A stretch of 59,639 nt of DNA. Source: a virus. Within the stretch, counting starts at the first letter, position 1; each line of letters begins with the position of its first letter. Under the pieces are notes generated by a model. It ran no database searches. It was given only the letters and a program-made list of their open reading frames with translations, and was not told the origin of the DNA. Made by a program: the position numbers and the translations under genes. The stretch is taken from the UHGV virus genome UHGV-1364324; one strand, given 5' to 3'. Below are positions 26,401 to 35,041 of this stretch, piece after piece.

Positions 26401-26544
26401 TTAAAACCCCTTGTCTTTAGCAATTTGACGTGCGCGTTTCATAGTGTGACCAGCCGCCATCAGGCGTTTAATTTCTGCTTCACGACGTTCAAAACGGGTA
26501 TCATGGGAATTTTCAGTCAACGGGTGTTTATTTTTCGGATTCAT
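26401..26544 (-). CDS. small basic protein (47 aa)
   Basis: MNPKNKHPLTENSHDTRFERREAEIKRLMAAGHTMKRARQIAKDKGF; GGAG RBS. Confidence 0.35.
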   Translation of the reverse strand: MNPKNKHPLTENSHDTRFERREAEIKRLMAAGHTMKRARQIAKDKGF

Positions 26545-26680
26545 TGTGTTTTCTCCATTCTAACCACTGGTCGCGTAAATCCTTAATGAAATAATAAGCG
26601 GCTACAAAACCCAACTGTGCTCGCCATTAAGTAAAAGTATCCCAGTTATTCTTGTACATCATCTCACCCTCTGTTCAGTT

Positions 26681-26729
26681 CATGTTCAAAGCATAACCGT
26701 GCATCTGCAATTCGTCAAGAATTATTTTA
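26681..26729 (-). promoter_or_regulatory. conserved-family promoter (duplicate of 22782..22830 module)
   Basis: Identical 74 bp including RBS region. Confidence 0.6.
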
Positions 26730-26795
26730 ACCCCGTGCAAAACTAACCCGCCTGATATAACATATGTTAAGAATAAACCCGTGGAGCCTGTGAAG

Positions 26796-28148
26796 ATGGC
26801 AGATGACCAATTTGAACAACTAGCCGTTGCCGGATACAGTCGCACAGGCAACCAGGTTAACGATGATTTTTTACCTAAACTCAACGGTAAACAGGGTCGT
26901 CGTATCCTTCGCCAGATGGCAGAGAACGACGAAACGATCGGTGGTGTACTGTTTGCCATGAACAGCGTTTATCGTTCCGTACAGTGGATTTTTGACCCGT
27001 CTGATAAAGAAGACCCGCAAGCTGTTAAATACGCTCAATGGCTGCAGAATGCTATTGAAAACCAGATGGGTGATCCACAGGGTGCGTTACCTGATGACAC
27101 CTGGTCAGCATTCGTTCAGACCTGGACCGACACCGATGTTTTCGGCTGGGGATGGTATGACGTCTGGGTTAAAGATTTACCCGATGGTTCCGTGGGTATC
27201 GCCCGTCTCGTTCCGGTTGCGGCTGAAACGCTCGACGGCTGGGAGATTGAAGAACCGACAGGTTATGTCACGGGTATTCATCAGCGTCAGCCATCAACCA
27301 ATATCAGCAAACTGATCCCCCGGTCACGATCGCTGCATCTGATTTCATCACCGAACAAAGGTAACCCGGAAGGTTTATCACTGCTGCGCACAGCATATCG
27401 CCCGTGGTATTACAAAAAAGTTCATCTGGAAATCGAAGCAATTCTGGCAGAACGTGGAACAGGTTTCCCGGTCATTACCGTTAACCCTGACATTAAAAAA
27501 GCGGCTAACGATCCGACGCTGTCTGAACAGCAACGTCAGTTAGCACAGGCAATGATAGATGAATTTGAAAACATCGCGGCTAATATTAAGCGCAATGAAC
27601 AGTCTGGTCTGGTGATTTACTCAAAACCGTATATTACCGGGTTTGATAACGAAACAGGGGTGACGACATACGGCGGTGAACAACAGGTTAAACTGGAATT
27701 CCTGACGCCTGAACAGTCTAACGCCGTGGATATCGACCGCACGATTAAGCGTCTCGATACCAGTATTGCCCGTGCGCTACTGGCCGACTTCATGTTTTTT
27801 GGTACAGGTGGGAATACAGGCAACCAGGCGAATCTGGGTAGCCGTACAGAACTGTGGATCCGTGCGATGCAGTCGCGTATCGATAGCAACGTTGAATGTA
27901 TTAACCGTCAGCTAATCCCGCAGTTATGGAAACTGAATGCGTTCCCGGATGAATATAAACCAACGTTACGCGCTGGCTCAATAAGTAAAGACAGTATTGA
28001 AACACTGACCACTGCGCTTACACGTCTGGCACAGGCTGGCGCGCCAGTATTCCCGGATCCTGTACTTCAGGAATTCGTGTATAAAGAGGCGGGATTACCA
28101 ACAGCGGGAATTGATAAAACTGGTGAAGGTTTACCGTCTATTGATTAA
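26796..28148 (+). CDS. portal protein
   Basis: About 450 aa; position and size; GGAG RBS before ATG 26796 (track start GTG 26781). Confidence 0.7.
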   Translation: MADDQFEQLAVAGYSRTGNQVNDDFLPKLNGKQGRRILRQMAENDETIGGVLFAMNSVYRSVQWIFDPSDKEDPQAVKYAQWLQNAIENQMGDPQGALPDDTWSAFVQTWTDTDVFGWGWYDVWVKDLPDGSVGIARLVPVAAETLDGWEIEEPTGYVTGIHQRQPSTNISKLIPRSRSLHLISSPNKGNPEGLSLLRTAYRPWYYKKVHLEIEAILAERGTGFPVITVNPDIKKAANDPTLSEQQRQLAQAMIDEFENIAANIKRNEQSGLVIYSKPYITGFDNETGVTTYGGEQQVKLEFLTPEQSNAVDIDRTIKRLDTSIARALLADFMFFGTGGNTGNQANLGSRTELWIRAMQSRIDSNVECINRQLIPQLWKLNAFPDEYKPTLRAGSISKDSIETLTTALTRLAQAGAPVFPDPVLQEFVYKEAGLPTAGIDKTGEGLPSID

Positions 28149-28180
28149 ATAAAAAAAGGGGTCTATAACAGACCCCAAAA
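28148..28180 (-). terminator. intrinsic terminator (mainly minus strand; bidirectional hairpin)
   Basis: GGGGTCT ataac AGACCCC with A7 run upstream (T-run on minus strand). Confidence 0.65.
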
Positions 28181-28248
28181 CACCAACGACCAGAACAGAA
28201 TTAATATGATTGCTATCAGTGAATAAACTTTCTGGTTGTATGTCATGG

Positions 28249-28590
28249 TTACCCCACATAATTTGCAACGATTTGATCGCAGTCGTCCGTGTTGCGGGCC
28301 AGTCGATAAATTTCAGAAGCAACCTGTGACCGATAATACATATCGACGTTGTAATTATTAGTCACGTAGTTATAAGCCGCTTCGTAACTGCCGAACATTT
28401 TGTGATTGCTCACAACTTCTTTTTTCACTGAACCATTCAGCAACCAGCCGATCAACAGCAGTATTGCACCGATACCAGGACTGGTTAAAACCGCAATAAA
28501 GAACCAGGTTCCGGGGTTGCGCCCGGTATGTTTGGCAAAGGCACCAACCAGAGCGCTAAAGAGGATCCACAGGATTACGAACATTTTCAA
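28249..28590 (-). CDS. two-TM membrane protein
   Basis: Hydrophobic helices; AAGGAG RBS. Confidence 0.5.
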   Translation of the reverse strand: MKMFVILWILFSALVGAFAKHTGRNPGTWFFIAVLTSPGIGAILLLIGWLLNGSVKKEVVSNHKMFGSYEAAYNYVTNNYNVDMYYRSQVASEIYRLARNTDDCDQIVANYVG

Positions 28591-28615
28591 ATCTCCTTAA
28601 CCAGTTGTTGAGTTA

Positions 28616-28664
28616 ACAGTACACGTCCATGTGTAATCCGTCAAGAATTATTTTGAAACGTCGA
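28616..28664 (-). promoter_or_regulatory. conserved-family promoter (UP + TTGACG, 17-bp spacer, TACTGT)
   Basis: rc CAAAATAATTCTTGACG. Confidence 0.5.
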
Positions 28665-28908
28665 ATACTGGCGGAACACCCATCCCAGCCATGACGCGCC
28701 GTTGTTCGTACACCTGACGCAGTTTTTGCAACTTCTCTATACCGATATCACAACCCCGGATTATATCATCGCACAGGTCAGTATAACTTGCCCCAGCTTG
28801 TGGCGTGGTTCGCGGATAGTCAACCAGTGACGGATCCGTAATGATAACTTTCGGGAGAAACGCCACCGTATCCCCAACACCATTTTTCATAATCGTCATG
28901 AGTCGCAC
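28648..28908 (-). CDS. hypothetical protein
   Basis: 86 aa. Confidence 0.4.
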   Translation of the reverse strand: MRLMTIMKNGVGDTVAFLPKVIITDPSLVDYPRTTPQAGASYTDLCDDIIRGCDIGIEKLQKLRQVYEQRRVMAGMGVPPVFDVSK

Positions 28909-29483
28909 CCGTGATAAAGTTCCTGACCCTGTTCAACTTTAGACCCGCAACACTGACAAACCAAACGGTATTCGAAACCAGGTGCTGCACAGTGCTTGCG
29001 GTAGCCAGCGTCGTAAAGTTCCCGGCACGCATGGATAACAGCGGTCATATTATAATTAGTGACCGATCCGAGCATTTCATTAATAACCGTTTCACGTTCA
29101 TCAGGCAGTGGTTTGAAATCGTCGTCATCAACCACAAACGATTCAGAACCGTCTTCAGGCTTAACCCACACTTCGTTACCGTTGACGCCCAGTACGTTAA
29201 CGGTGGTCCATTCCGTGCCGTTGTTCCACTGGCAGACTGTACCGACAGTTGGTAGCCCTTGACCGTCCCACACCTCGATCAGTTCGCGCTGTGCGATGAG
29301 TGGTAAACCGCCTACGTCGTCATAACCTTCTTCTTTTTCCCGACTCTTATTTTGCCAGTGACCAAGACCTATCACCTGCTCGTAAAATACAAGACACAAG
29401 GATCCTTGACATACACTGAGCGCCCAGTGAGGCGCACCTTCAAAATCTTTTTCAGAACCTTTGATATATTTCCACTGTTTCAT
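28896..29483 (-). CDS. hypothetical protein with C-terminal zinc ribbon
   Basis: 195 aa; CQCCG ... C. Confidence 0.45.
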   Translation of the reverse strand: MKQWKYIKGSEKDFEGAPHWALSVCQGSLCLVFYEQVIGLGHWQNKSREKEEGYDDVGGLPLIAQRELIEVWDGQGLPTVGTVCQWNNGTEWTTVNVLGVNGNEVWVKPEDGSESFVVDDDDFKPLPDERETVINEMLGSVTNYNMTAVIHACRELYDAGYRKHCAAPGFEYRLVCQCCGSKVEQGQELYHGCDS

Positions 29484-29809
29484 AAGTTTTCCCCAATAAT
29501 TGCAGCACAGTTAACGATCGCTAAACGGGTTGCTTTTTCACGGTCTTCCCCGTGTGGAGTAAGTTGTTTATAGCGAACACCAGTATCTGGATTGTTCACT
29601 AAAACTGCATAATCTCTAACATCCAGATCTAAATACAGGTGTACCATCAAACTGAAAGCATCACCGTTATCAATAAGCGGGTTCCACAAGCGACCACCGC
29701 CGATATCGATCCCTTCGTTTACGTCGCGCTCGCCATACGCGATATAGTATTTACCCTCAATTTCACCAGCGCGGGCCGCATTGATCAGCAATTCACGATT
29801 AGTCATCAT
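29480..29809 (-). CDS. hypothetical protein
   Basis: 109 aa. Confidence 0.45.
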   Translation of the reverse strand: MMTNRELLINAARAGEIEGKYYIAYGERDVNEGIDIGGGRLWNPLIDNGDAFSLMVHLYLDLDVRDYAVLVNNPDTGVRYKQLTPHGEDREKATRLAIVNCAAIIGENL

Positions 29810-30309
29810 TTACGCCCCGTTGATCCGAAACCGCCTTTACGCTGACTTTCCACGCCGGGCAACTGCTCCACTTCAACCACGGCTACCGGTTCAACGCGTT
29901 CTACCATCAGTTGACAGCAACGTTCACCGTGTTCCAGCATGAACACTTTGTGGGAATGGTTAACCAGGGTGATAAAATATTCGCCGGGATAATCGCGGTC
30001 ACCAACACCCACGCAGTTGATCAGTGTCATACCATTTTTCAGGCTGAGGCCGGAACGAGGGTAGAATTTGATGCAATGATCAGCATCGACAGACATTTTC
30101 AGACCAGTGGGAATCAGTGCGCGTTCGCCTGGGTAAATACCAATAATACCCTCAATGGGTTTTCGTTCCAGTTTAGCGCCTGCAGGCGGGAAGATTGTCA
30201 CAGTTTCAGACCACAGACATGCGCGAACATCCATCCCGGCGCTATCAGCCGTTTCACGCGTTGGGATCACAGCCAGGTTAGTGAGTCGTTGAATGTAAAG
30301 GTTAGACAT
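29806..30309 (-). CDS. dut: dUTP diphosphatase (dUTPase)
   Basis: AGMDVRA, PRSGL, GVGDRDYPGE and C-terminal RKGGFGSTG motifs. Confidence 0.8.
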   Translation of the reverse strand: MSNLYIQRLTNLAVIPTRETADSAGMDVRACLWSETVTIFPPAGAKLERKPIEGIIGIYPGERALIPTGLKMSVDADHCIKFYPRSGLSLKNGMTLINCVGVGDRDYPGEYFITLVNHSHKVFMLEHGERCCQLMVERVEPVAVVEVEQLPGVESQRKGGFGSTGRK

Positions 30310-30337
30310 TGTTTAGTTCCTCATTGTGTTTCGACAC

Positions 30338-30390
30338 TTGCAATACTGCGTCCTGTAGTGTAATCTGTCAAGAATTATTTATAACCAACG
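30338..30390. promoter_or_regulatory. overlapping divergent promoters: minus-strand conserved-family promoter (TTGACA at rc 30371..30366) and putative plus-strand TTGCAA-N17-TAATCT
   Basis: Minus promoter drives dut; plus candidate would drive the 30402 gene; hexamers interleave on opposite strands. Confidence 0.4.
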
Positions 30391-30401
30391 AGGAACAAAC
30401 G

Positions 30402-30884
30402 ATGAGTAAAGTTGACTGGAGTAAAGCGCCTGAGTGGGCTGAATGTGTTGTTATACGCACAGGTTATCAACTTAGTGATCATTATCACTGGTCGGAATTA
30501 CCTCGTTCGCAGGCTCGCATGATGAAGATTGAAACGGGTACTAATTTTTCAATGTCTGATCCTGCATTATGGCGAATTGTTGAACATCGTCCCGTAGAAC
30601 AACCATCAACCGCGCCGGAACTGTTAAATCACGCTGCACAACTTCTGGCTGAACGTGGTAAACAGTACGACAAATCAGGTGAAGAACGTTCAGCGGCTGC
30701 AATCGTCGCGGCGTTTAATGCGATCACTAAACGCGATTTAACACCAGGTGAAGGCTGGTTATTCATGGTGCTATTAAAAGCAGTTCGTTTCTATTCGAAT
30801 ACTGAAACACCACATCGTGACAGTCTGGAAGATATGATCGCCTATGCTGCGTTGCACGCTGAGGAATATCTGAATGATAAGTGA
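30402..30884 (+). CDS. hypothetical protein
   Basis: Start MSKVDWSK with GAGGAA RBS; 160 aa. Confidence 0.5.
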   Translation: MSKVDWSKAPEWAECVVIRTGYQLSDHYHWSELPRSQARMMKIETGTNFSMSDPALWRIVEHRPVEQPSTAPELLNHAAQLLAERGKQYDKSGEERSAAAIVAAFNAITKRDLTPGEGWLFMVLLKAVRFYSNTETPHRDSLEDMIAYAALHAEEYLNDK

Positions 30885-31065
30885 GTTGCAGGCGTTTCAC
30901 CTGATGGTAAAACACAGCATGATTATCATTCACTGTGACCGTGATAAATCGGTATTCACTGACGACTTACAATATACGGAACAGTGGGTTGATAATTGTG
31001 ATAAACCTAAAGCTACATGCCGTTTAATTGACCGTGTGGCGCGTGACCTGGGGGAACAGTTATGA
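30874..31065 (+). CDS. hypothetical protein
   Basis: 63 aa. Confidence 0.4.
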   Translation: MISELQAFHLMVKHSMIIIHCDRDKSVFTDDLQYTEQWVDNCDKPKATCRLIDRVARDLGEQL

Positions 31066-31418
31066 AGGGTTTTCCGGGTGTATATTATAGCACTACTGGT
31101 TTTTCAGCAGGCGTTCATGTAAATCAAAAGAAATGCCATCTTGGGGTTTTTAAAACTCCAGAGCGTGCAAGTGTATCAGTGCGACTGTTTAAATACTGGT
31201 TAAGAAAAGGTTTTAAACCTGATGAAATCCCACGGTCATGTGTAACACCAATGAATCGTGAACCGGATTATAAACCAGTTGAAAATTATAAAATTTCAAT
31301 GATCATTAAAAACAATGGTGAATATAAATTAGACACCATAGATCTATTAAATCTCGCAAGAGAATTACAGTCACTAAGGGTTTATAAATATGGTCGGACA
31401 AAAGCGCTCAGATTCTGA
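31062..31418 (+). CDS. AP2-like DNA-binding domain protein
   Basis: GVYYSTTGFSAGVHVNQKKCHLGVFKTPERASV resembles AP2/ERF fold. Confidence 0.45.
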   Translation: MKGFPGVYYSTTGFSAGVHVNQKKCHLGVFKTPERASVSVRLFKYWLRKGFKPDEIPRSCVTPMNREPDYKPVENYKISMIIKNNGEYKLDTIDLLNLARELQSLRVYKYGRTKALRF

Positions 31419-31542
31419 ATTACTTCGCGATCTGGAACTGGATTATGAACGTGCATTAGCAGCAGTAGAACACCTGGAAGAACAGATCAGGGAAGTGAAG
31501 AACCGTTTGCAAGGGGTGACTAAACGTGAATTTCAGTCATAA
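31390..31542 (+). CDS. possible small coiled-coil protein (50 aa)
   Basis: Alternate-frame ORF spanning the junction; low confidence. Confidence 0.2.
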   Translation: MVGQKRSDSELLRDLELDYERALAAVEHLEEQIREVKNRLQGVTKREFQS

Positions 31543-31843
31543 TTTAGAACGTTCTGCAGAATATAGCGGTTATCCTGCAGATCATCCGAAAGTAATCGGT
31601 GTGCATGAGTTTATCGATATCGTTATAACATTGCAGTTGTGTGTTGCGATGAATAAAGATAAACCAAATACTGCGTTAAAACGTTGTGCACAGGCACTGA
31701 AACAACGAATGACAATGCCAAACACAATCAAAATGCTTGACGTTGTTCTTTCACAACCATTCCCATCAGGCTATGTTGCCAAACTCCAGCGCCTGCTGAT
31801 CGCAACTGATCGTGAAGTTGGTCAACGCATGATAAACCTGTGA
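31526..31843 (+). CDS. hypothetical protein
   Basis: 105 aa; GTG start. Confidence 0.4.
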   Translation: MNFSHNLERSAEYSGYPADHPKVIGVHEFIDIVITLQLCVAMNKDKPNTALKRCAQALKQRMTMPNTIKMLDVVLSQPFPSGYVAKLQRLLIATDREVGQRMINL

Positions 31844-31850
31844 TACAATA

Positions 31851-31873
31851 AGCCTCAGTAACCACGCTGAGGC
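31851..31873 (+). promoter_or_regulatory. hairpin sequestering SD / possible terminator before head-morphogenesis gene
   Basis: AAGCCTCAG taaccacg CTGAGGCTT TTCT ATG; paralogue of 11593..11620 hairpin. Confidence 0.4.
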
Positions 31874-31879
31874 TTTTCT

Positions 31880-32833
31880 ATGAAAGACCCATACCCGGAC
31901 ATTGCTGATAAATATGACCTGCGGATCCGTGAAGCACTGAACATCGTGTGGGAAAACGTGCGCCGTAGTGAGTCTTTAGCAAACCTTGAATACATTATTG
32001 AAACTCAGGGTATTAGCGGGTTACTTCCCATTCTTGACACCCTCCCGGATGAGTTGAGCGCACAGCTACGACCTGTTATCGAAAACGCGATAGCTGAATC
32101 AGGTCGTGTAGTCGTTCAGGTTCTGCCGAAAGCAGCTGTTACTGCCCCCGTGGTTTTCAGCCTTGTTAACCCACGGGTCGGTGCATACATCAATAACTAC
32201 GTTGGACAGATGATCCGCGAAGTAAGCGATGAAACGGTAAAAGCGGTTCAGATTGCTGTTAATCAGGGCGTTATTACCGGGCGTAACCCGCGCCAGATTG
32301 CTCGTGATTTTCGTTCCAGTATCGGATTAACCAGTCGCCAGGAACAAACTGTTCAACGGTTACGTGCTGCGCTTGAAAAAGGTGAAGCAGGTTATGTGAA
32401 CAGCTTAACCACCGTGACTGATAGCGCAAAAAACGCTGTAAGCGCCGGGAAACTGTCTGAAAGCCAGATTGATAAGATTGTTGAACAAACCCGCTTACGC
32501 TACGTAAAACAGCGCACAGAGACAATTGCACGTACTGAGTCATTACGTGCAACATCTGTTGGTCAGGATCTGGCAATTCGTGAAGGGCAGATTACCGGGG
32601 CTATCAGTAACGAACTGTTAAAGCGCTGGTTATATCGTCACGATACACGCACTCGTGACGCACATATTAGCGCCGGGGAAACTAACGGGTGGATCCCAAT
32701 GAACAGACCGTTTTCAACACCGTTAGGGCCGCTTATGTTCCCTCGTGACCCTAACGGAAGCGCATCGAATACGATTAACTGCAGGTGCCGTGTACAGTAC
32801 AGTTTGCCGGAAGATATCGGTTCACTGGGTTGA
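31880..32833 (+). CDS. phage head morphogenesis protein (Mu F / SPP1 gp7-like)
   Basis: 317 aa; family-typical C-terminal region. Confidence 0.55.
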   Translation: MKDPYPDIADKYDLRIREALNIVWENVRRSESLANLEYIIETQGISGLLPILDTLPDELSAQLRPVIENAIAESGRVVVQVLPKAAVTAPVVFSLVNPRVGAYINNYVGQMIREVSDETVKAVQIAVNQGVITGRNPRQIARDFRSSIGLTSRQEQTVQRLRAALEKGEAGYVNSLTTVTDSAKNAVSAGKLSESQIDKIVEQTRLRYVKQRTETIARTESLRATSVGQDLAIREGQITGAISNELLKRWLYRHDTRTRDAHISAGETNGWIPMNRPFSTPLGPLMFPRDPNGSASNTINCRCRVQYSLPEDIGSLG

Positions 32834-33088
32834 ACAGGTACAGCGCCCGAACATAGCCAGACTAATCGGAGACGGATCAGCAGGGCTTGAAACAGAATCA
32901 GCGTGGTAAACAGTCCCGCGATAAATCACGCTGAAACCATTTTCTTTAATCAGCATGAGTTTTCCGGTTCTGGCGGTCATTCGAATACTGTTACCTGTTC
33001 GTTTCTCGATCACAAAATCAACTTTATCACCGACTTTCACAGGTGTTGGTTCACCCTGATAGCCGTTACATACGTCACAACGTTTCAT
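32822..33088 (-). CDS. zinc-ribbon hypothetical protein
   Basis: CDVCNG ... CTC. Confidence 0.4.
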   Translation of the reverse strand: MKRCDVCNGYQGEPTPVKVGDKVDFVIEKRTGNSIRMTARTGKLMLIKENGFSVIYRGTVYHADSVSSPADPSPISLAMFGRCTCSTQ

Positions 33089-33099
33089 CAGCGTTTACC

Positions 33100-33273
33100 T
33101 CATGGTTCTGACATTTCAAGATTAACACTAATACCAGAACGAATGGCCTGCGGTGCTAATTTTGCCAGTTCTTCCTGATCGTCGCGCCATTGTTTTCTGA
33201 GTATTTCGATACTCTCACGAACGCAAACCTGACGCCTGCGCAGTTCTTTAATTCGTTTTTCGAGATCGGTCAT
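33100..33273 (-). CDS. small coiled-coil protein (57 aa)
   Basis: MTDLEKRIKELRRRQ...; GAGG RBS for next gene follows. Confidence 0.35.
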   Translation of the reverse strand: MTDLEKRIKELRRRQVCVRESIEILRKQWRDDQEELAKLAPQAIRSGISVNLEMSEP

Positions 33274-33278
33274 GGGTA

Positions 33279-33518
33279 TTACTCCTGCTCCGGGTAGATA
33301 ACATCGTATTCGTTTATCTCCACCCAGTAATATTCACCTTCAGCCCGATCGTCTGATTTCCACAAAACATTATCGAACTGATTAATACGTTCAATGACTT
33401 TTTCAGCATGTTCTTTAGCCAGTTCAAAACTGCTGTACATGCCGCCTTCACGTTCCCCACGTCCTGGTGCACCGTCCATACCAGATCGAACTTCAAAAAC
33501 TGATTCTAAGTCACACAT
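33279..33518 (-). CDS. small acidic protein (79 aa)
   Basis: High D/E content. Confidence 0.4.
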   Translation of the reverse strand: MCDLESVFEVRSGMDGAPGRGEREGGMYSSFELAKEHAEKVIERINQFDNVLWKSDDRAEGEYYWVEINEYDVIYPEQE

Positions 33519-33523
33519 CAGCG

Positions 33524-33799
33524 TTACTCCTGCTTTTCACCACAGAACGGGCAGTAAGACATTTTCACGTTAGTTTCTAATCGCGTGAAGTTCTTCGCCA
33601 GTTCACCGTTTTTCTTCGGCGCACGATACGCCAGGCGATATTTCAGCATGACGTAGATGTTCCCGGATGACAGCCCCAGACACTGGTTATCCCAGCCCAC
33701 TTTGTCAAATATGTTGGTACTGACTTCTGCCCCCTGCGGCACTTTTTCCATCAGTCGTTGTTGAAGTTCGTCACCAAGTTTTTTCATGCATTCGCACAT
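33524..33799 (-). CDS. zinc-ribbon hypothetical protein
   Basis: MCEC ... CPFCG. Confidence 0.45.
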   Translation of the reverse strand: MCECMKKLGDELQQRLMEKVPQGAEVSTNIFDKVGWDNQCLGLSSGNIYVMLKYRLAYRAPKKNGELAKNFTRLETNVKMSYCPFCGEKQE

Positions 33800-33820
33800 G
33801 GGTTGTTCCTTGTAGTTGAA

Positions 33821-33836
33821 GCCCCGTTGCCGGGGC
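33821..33836. other. intergenic GC hairpin
   Basis: GCCCCG ttgc CGGGGC; no U-run. Confidence 0.3.
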
Positions 33837-33843
33837 GGGTTAG

Positions 33844-34242
33844 TTATGCCAGTGATGCGGCAATTTCTTCAAACTTATCTGCCAGCACATTGCGGCGCGT
33901 GAACGTGCCATTTATGGCCAGATCATCACGCCCTAATTTGTGGGCGCACTCGTTGAACTCGCGCTGCACTGCATCCATCGGGCGCTGTGAAAAATCACCG
34001 TTCGGGTTACGCAGACCAGACGCGTAATGCAGGGCGCTATTAGCAAGCAGGGTTTCAGCGGAATGTTGTGATTCAACTTCATACGCCAGTGCTTCACGCA
34101 GACTATTGGTACGAAGAACGGTTTCACCTTTTACGGTATCAACGACAATGTATTTACACGCGGTTGATGCATCAGTACCAACGATAAACATATTTTCTGC
34201 TTTCCAGACTTTACGGTTTTGAGTTTCGCTAATCAGTTTCAT
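33844..34242 (-). CDS. hypothetical protein
   Basis: True start MKLISETQ at 34242 with GAGGGTAAGA leader shared with 42282 gene. Confidence 0.5.
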   Translation of the reverse strand: MKLISETQNRKVWKAENMFIVGTDASTACKYIVVDTVKGETVLRTNSLREALAYEVESQHSAETLLANSALHYASGLRNPNGDFSQRPMDAVQREFNECAHKLGRDDLAINGTFTRRNVLADKFEEIAASLA

Positions 34243-34273
34243 CGTCTTACCCTCAGTTCGTTTCGTTGTGATA

Positions 34274-34322
34274 ACTATACCTCCATACCTGCAATTCGTC
34301 AAGAATTATTTTAAATCTTCTT
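34274..34322 (-). promoter_or_regulatory. conserved-family promoter (UP + TTGACG, 17-bp spacer, TATAGT)
   Basis: Promoter + leader (34245..34310) duplicated at 42290..42355. Confidence 0.6.
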
Positions 34323-34329
34323 TCATCTT

Positions 34330-34560
34330 ACCAAACTGGTAAGCCGTAACTCAGCGTCATAGATGACATAGATAGTATGAAAGAGTTATACAGATCTGGT
34401 AAGCGGTAACATAGATTGCATAGTTTGCGTATACTTATTTTTAACAAATTTATCTTCTAACTTACTGTTTTTATTATCTTTTACATACTTATCATAGATA
34501 GTATAGATTTATATAAGAATTATAAAAGTAAGGTAAGTAAGGGTTAGTAGGGTAAGATCT
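34330..34560. repeat. second iteron/AT-rich region paralogous to 17028..17260
   Basis: CTGGTAAGCCGTAAC (34336), CTGGTAAGCGGTAAC (34396), ATAGATTGC box, ATAGATAGTATAGATTTATATAAGAATTATAAAAGTAAGGTA, GGTAAG repeats. Confidence 0.65.
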
Positions 34561-34630
34561 AAAAGATAAGGAAAACAGCATGAAATGTATGATACTATGC
34601 ACCCGTGGTTAACTCGCGAGGAAACACCCA

Positions 34631-35041
34631 ATGATCGAAGTTAAAGTTAACAAGGTCGACTCACAGTTACGGATGGTTTTTGGCTGGGGTTCGATTTGTA
34701 AAAAACGTAATCAGGAAACGGGTCAGTTAGAAATTTACACTGACACCGACAACGAACAATTCCCTGAAGATGTAACGTTAAAAGCATGGCTGGATTTCAT
34801 GAACGGCGATCAGCGGATCATGGATAACATGCACAACGAACAACCCGTGGGTAAAGTGGTGTTCGCTTTTCCGATGACCGAAGATATCGCCGCAAGTTTT
34901 GGACTGGTTGAAAAACTGGATCAAACAGGCGTTATTGTTGGTACGCTGATCACCGACGATGACATTCTGAAAAAATTTCAGTCTGGCGAATATACCGGGT
35001 ATAGTATCGGTGGAACTGCTTACTATGAGGACGTTGAATAA
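34631..35041 (+). CDS. putative prohead protease (S78-like) or head assembly protein
   Basis: 136 aa; His (DNMHNE) and Ser (GYSIGG) candidates; first gene of head operon. Confidence 0.3.
   Translation: MIEVKVNKVDSQLRMVFGWGSICKKRNQETGQLEIYTDTDNEQFPEDVTLKAWLDFMNGDQRIMDNMHNEQPVGKVVFAFPMTEDIAASFGLVEKLDQTGVIVGTLITDDDILKKFQSGEYTGYSIGGTAYYEDVE

Noticed and set aside
28131-28322. 63-aa minus ORF overlapping portal 3' end
   Set aside because: Contains the strong intrinsic terminator hairpin 28158..28176 and overlaps two better-supported genes.
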